A program made the position numbers and the translations under genes. The notes beneath the pieces are model-generated. The model was not told where the DNA came from and ran no database searches. It saw nothing but the letters and a program-made list of their open reading frames with translations. A stretch of DNA of 64,000 bases from a virus. The stretch lies in IMG/VR virus record IMGVR_UViG_3300045391_005044, one strand, 5' to 3'. Positions 61,228 to 64,000 of the stretch are shown here, piece by piece. The stretch's first letter is position 1. Each line of letters begins with the position of its first letter.

Positions 61228-61590
61228 TTATTCAATTTCTATGAGTAGTTTATTCGGGTAGTCATTTTTTTGATCTACCTTTACTTCAAGCGTTACGCCA
61301 TCAATGGTGTAAAGTTTTGGAGGCAACGATTCGGATGTAGGAACTTGAACTGTGCCAAGAAACTCCCTGTACAGCAAATCATAGGAATACAGATCCAGCT
61401 TCAGAACAGAAGGCTCCATGCCTCTGTCTTTAGCATGATTTATTGCTGCATTTATGAGTTGAAATATATGCGTCATATCCTGTCTTCTGATTTTTTGATG
61501 TGCCAGATGGCACATCTGGTTTAACAATTTCATTTTCTCCGGATCATTCAGGAATTCGGGAGTTGCGTTTACGTGTATGATCTCTACCAT
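61228..61590 (-). CDS. hypothetical protein
   Basis: 120-aa ORF overlapping the upstream gene by 7 nt. Confidence 0.5.
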   Translation of the reverse strand: MVEIIHVNATPEFLNDPEKMKLLNQMCHLAHQKIRRQDMTHIFQLINAAINHAKDRGMEPSVLKLDLYSYDLLYREFLGTVQVPTSESLPPKLYTIDGVTLEVKVDQKNDYPNKLLIEIE

Positions 61591-61898
61591 GGAGGGTTAT
61601 TTTCGCACAACCTGGAGTAGTGCTGGGCTACGTCAATATATTGCTGAGTGTCCGGATGTTTGAAAGATATGTCCGTGGTGGTTATTGTCATCCACATTCG
61701 AAGTCCTCCACCTATGATCCTCATTACCTTGTTTTCTCCATTTTCGCCGAGCTTACACTCAATAACCGGACGATGATCTCCAGGAGTGTTACTCGAAAAT
61801 TGCAGCCAAGATCCGTCACTGGAATGACACCAAAGGCTATACCCAAACTCAGCCATCCACTCGGTGGCTTCTTCTTTGAATGTTTTTTTTGTTGTCAT
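61584..61898 (-). CDS. hypothetical protein
   Basis: 104-aa ORF. Confidence 0.5.
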   Translation of the reverse strand: MTTKKTFKEEATEWMAEFGYSLWCHSSDGSWLQFSSNTPGDHRPVIECKLGENGENKVMRIIGGGLRMWMTITTTDISFKHPDTQQYIDVAQHYSRLCENNPPW

Positions 61899-61910
61899 AT
61901 ACTCTGGTTT

Positions 61911-62183
61911 TTAATTTACTATCCTACTATGTGGCTTCACCGCCTTAGACTCCACTCTCTGATGAAAATCATCCCTGTGAGCATCATGACGAGCATTATT
62001 TCTGAGTTCTTCCGGAATCGTCTTCAGCCACTCTTCAATGAGAAGATTTGTAACCTTCCCGTCCAGAGCACGAGCTTTTCGACCAACCGGAATGTCCAGA
62101 TCAACAAGAAGCCGATCGTGAATCTGAGCCCTCATCTTAAAGCCCAGCCGCATAAGGGCTATATCAATCTCTTTTAATGTCAT
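61911..62183 (-). CDS. hypothetical protein
   Basis: ATG at 62183 is ATGA-coupled to the upstream stop. The tracked start at 62195 is less likely. Confidence 0.5.
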   Translation of the reverse strand: MTLKEIDIALMRLGFKMRAQIHDRLLVDLDIPVGRKARALDGKVTNLLIEEWLKTIPEELRNNARHDAHRDDFHQRVESKAVKPHSRIVN

Positions 62184-62440
62184 GACAACCTCCATACCCT
62201 AACCCCACCTTCAACACTCTTGCAGCGAAAATCCCACTTCCCTCCAGTGTACCTGCTTTTGTAATAAGCAACCAAGGAACAAACGCTCACCATGTGTTTG
62301 CTATAATGCTTCCCTTCTGGTTTTGGAACAAGCACACTATCTCCTGGCTCCATCTGAGGAAGAGCATCATACAAATCGCTCTTTCCCTTCTTGGCTTGCC
62401 CGCGTGGGATAGGAATCCCTTTTTCAATTTTCAGTGTCAT
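62180..62440 (-). CDS. hypothetical protein
   Basis: ATG at 62440 (MTLKIEKGIPIPRG...) is ATGA-coupled to the XRE gene stop. Confidence 0.5.
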   Translation of the reverse strand: MTLKIEKGIPIPRGQAKKGKSDLYDALPQMEPGDSVLVPKPEGKHYSKHMVSVCSLVAYYKSRYTGGKWDFRCKSVEGGVRVWRLS

Positions 62441-62664
62441 ATGGAACCTCCCAATTTTACCACACACTCGCCAGGAACAATCATCACCTGATGGATCCCC
62501 AATATCACAAGAGCCTTCTCCAGGTCATCGATCTTCATCCGGGCATCCCCAGCCTCCCAACGCTGCACATTCCTCTCCGAGGTGCCCATCCTGCCTCCGA
62601 AATCCTTCTGAGTCATGCCCAGCTGCTTCCTCCTTAGTATCATGTAATTTAGTAAACCCGACAT
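62437..62664 (-). CDS. XRE-family (Cro/CI-type) HTH transcriptional regulator
   Basis: LRRKQLGMTQKDFGGRMGTSERNVQRWEAG is a classic HTH_3 pattern. First gene of the leftward operon, next to the control region. Confidence 0.7.
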   Translation of the reverse strand: MSGLLNYMILRRKQLGMTQKDFGGRMGTSERNVQRWEAGDARMKIDDLEKALVILGIHQVMIVPGECVVKLGGSI

Positions 62665-62703
62665 ATTTTTTGTTTTAACCGGCGGTTTGAGTTATATTTT
62701 CGT

Positions 62704-62735
62704 CAAATATAGTCGCTAATCCGCCAATATGCAAA
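62704..62735 (-). promoter_or_regulatory. Bacteroidota-type promoter for the leftward XRE operon
   Basis: On the minus strand: TTTG (62732-62735), 20-nt spacer, TATATTTG (62704-62711), ~40 nt upstream of the ATG at 62664. Confidence 0.45.
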
Positions 62736-62757
62736 TCCAAAACTGTTAAAAACTGTA

Positions 62758-62776
62758 ATTTAGAACCGTTCTAAAT
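62758..62776. promoter_or_regulatory. R-box 1: palindrome ATTTAGAAC-c-GTTCTAAAT
   Basis: Perfect 9+1+9 inverted repeat just upstream of the leftward promoter. Confidence 0.5.
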
Positions 62777-62779
62777 AAG

Positions 62780-63020
62780 GTTTCCCGTAAAATCTACCCG
62801 GTACCTGGGTCCCAAACATCCCCTCCGGGTCTTTATAGAGGAAAGTCTGCCGTCCAGAGATCGTGGTATAGCCTGGTCTTTGTTTTGATGCGGGAAATCG
62901 ACCACATTGAAGCCGTGGAGGGATCTGGATGCATGGATCGCAGTGCAGGGATTCGAAGGATTCGTATGGGTGGGGTATAGTTACCATCAAACCTCCCCTC
63001 CGGGGTCGGTAAATCGGAAG
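62780..63020. other. GC-rich, repeat-containing non-coding segment (possible structured RNA or protein-binding region)
   Basis: Noticeably more G+C-rich than its AT-rich flanks. Two ~19-nt direct repeats CAAAC(A/C)TCCCCTCCGGG(G)TC at 62813-62831 and 62988-63007. Several complementary segments, e.g. TTTCCCG at 62782-62788 with CGGGAAA at 62891-62897. Only ATG-less or implausible ORFs. Confidence 0.35.
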
Positions 63021-63023
63021 TGC

Positions 63024-63042
63024 TATTTAGAATCAGTCTAAA
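63024..63042. promoter_or_regulatory. R-box 2: TATTTAGAATCAGTCTAAA
   Basis: Arms TTTAGA/TCTAAA around ATCAG. Its 19 nt are identical to 63274-63292. Confidence 0.5.
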
Positions 63043-63271
63043 CAAGGGGCCGATTTATTCTATTAGGCCATTGTTTGAGCTTTATCCGGCGCTCATTATG
63101 CCTAGCTAATACATTGACACACAGCGTATTGATTTTATATACAGCGTGTGACCGATCTGCACCGATAGGGTAGGGGAGAGGTGTTGCATTGCCAGTGTTT
63201 ACGCAGTGTGCAGCATGGTGCCACATTGTCTACTTAACATAATGATCATTATAAGACATATCCGGGCGTTC

Positions 63272-63294
63272 TTATTTAGAATCAGTCTAAATAA
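63272..63294. promoter_or_regulatory. R-box 3: TTATTTAGA-atcag-TCTAAATAA
   Basis: 9-nt inverted arms. The core is identical to R-box 2. Confidence 0.5.
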
Positions 63295-63373
63295 TATTGA
63301 GGCAAATGTTAATTTTAACATATTCCACGAACTAATACACATGTATCTTTCGGCAATTGCTACAATTTATAGC

Positions 63374-63386
63374 GATTCTAAATAAG
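63374..63386. promoter_or_regulatory. R-box half-site GATTCTAAATAAG
   Basis: Matches the right arm of R-boxes 1 and 3. No left arm. Confidence 0.3.
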
Positions 63387-63540
63387 CGACTAACTTATTG
63401 ATTATCAGTCATTTAACTATCATCATTTTGATAAAATAGCCGACAACAAACGCTTACTAATGCTTAAATGCACTTGCTATTTGCAAAAGCCCGATTGGTG
63501 CCTTATCTTTACTCCAGTTCCTTCAAACAACGCATCAAAG

Positions 63541-63627
63541 CACACTGCGAAACGCACACGGCACACTTTCTTTCACGCCGCATGCGGGACGCGGCACTGC
63601 ACACTGTTTGTTGGATATGTGACACAC
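63541..63627. repeat. cluster of five CACAC(T/G) iterons around a CCGCATGCGG palindrome
   Basis: CACAC at 63541, 63555, 63562, 63600 and 63623. Palindrome at 63578-63587. Non-coding, GC-rich. Confidence 0.45.
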
Positions 63628-63827
63628 GTTCTATAGTAGGGCGCAGGCTGCCCCGGTAAATAAGGCTGAACTCTGTAACCGCACCAAAAGTGCGAACAAA
63701 AAGGCGCTGACACTGGATTATACGTCCAAGCCTTAGCAGTTAACGTATATGCACCGTCTTGGCGGGGCAGGCCCACAGTGAAATATGTTCGTGTGAGGCT
63801 GTAATACCAATCTTAATCTTACTAAAA

Positions 63828-64000
63828 ATGCAAAAAACAATATCATGTGTTACCGGCCTCCTGCTTCAGGATAGGTTACTGGTATATAAGGATGACTATG
63901 ACCTTATTGTTATGTGGCTTGTTCTTGTTGGTGCTCTGCTTGGTATAGCCCTTCTGCTGATACGCAGGCAGGCTATAAAAAACAGGGAGTTTCAACGGGA
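63828..64000 (+). CDS. membrane protein, 3'-truncated by window edge
   Basis: ATG at 63828, open to the window end. Contains TM helix IVMWLVLVGALLGIALLLI. Confidence 0.4.
   Translation, partial: MQKTISCVTGLLLQDRLLVYKDDYDLIVMWLVLVGALLGIALLLIRRQAIKNREFQR

Noticed and set aside
62838-62847. GAGGAAAGTC, resembling the conserved GAGGAAAGUCC of RNase P RNA.
   Set aside because: The other universally conserved RNase P blocks (e.g. ACAGAAnnCGGCUUA, AGGGUGAAA) are absent. The GC-rich segment is only ~240 nt. Treated as coincidence.
62760-63045. Minus-strand ORFs 62760..62990 (76 aa) and 62833..63045 (70 aa) in the control region.
   Set aside because: The second begins with TTG inside an R-box. Both are P/G/R-rich, mutually overlapping in different frames, and lie in a repeat-rich GC island. 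A frameshifted relic gene cannot be fully excluded.
62758-63386. Possible CRISPR-like array (repeated ~19-23-nt palindromic boxes).
   Set aside because: The intervals are ~230-250 nt, far beyond spacer size. There are only 3.5 copies, the repeats are not all identical, and there are no cas genes. Better explained as operator sites.

Overview
The window looks like most of the genome of a tailed dsDNA phage. The host is probably a member of the Bacteroidota. I infer this from TTTG / TAnnTTTG promoter boxes, the near absence of Shine-Dalgarno sequences, and very tight ATGA/TAATG gene coupling.

Layout:
- nt 1-22176 (+): early/replication module. It holds a NinG/HNH-like protein, RNase H, a Cas4/RecB-like nuclease, a DnaQ-like exonuclease, an SMC-like ATPase, a C5-cytosine MTase, an SNF2 helicase, a beta-clamp-like protein, an N6/N4 MTase, a primase-helicase, a VRR-NUC nuclease, an SSB-like protein and five tRNA or tRNA-like genes.
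- nt 22188-57269 (-): late module. In transcription order it runs small Zn protein, TerL, portal, scaffold, major capsid, adaptor-sized proteins, three very large virion proteins, a fibre cluster with collagen-like, HxH and poly-Cys proteins, a lysis cassette and distal fibres.
- nt 57372-62664: two short arms of small accessory genes, including an XRE-type regulator.
- nt 62.7-63.8 kb: a non-coding control region with repeated palindromic boxes.

I saw no integrase, DNA polymerase, sheath or clear tape measure.

Most unusual observations:
1. Two genes (the C5-MTase and the NinG/HNH-like gene) each contain a second, fully open +1-frame ORF of 280-340 codons. The central part of each +1 ORF looks more protein-like than the annotated frame.
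2. Four of the five tRNA-type genes have good acceptor, D and T arms but aberrant or insert-containing anticodon regions.
3. Six consecutive fibre-region proteins carry poly-cysteine motifs.
4. Late promoters appear leaderless (TAnnTTTG, 4-5 nt, ATG), and there is a shared palindromic box family.

All calls come from reading the sequence and ORF translations by eye. No database search or folding program was run.
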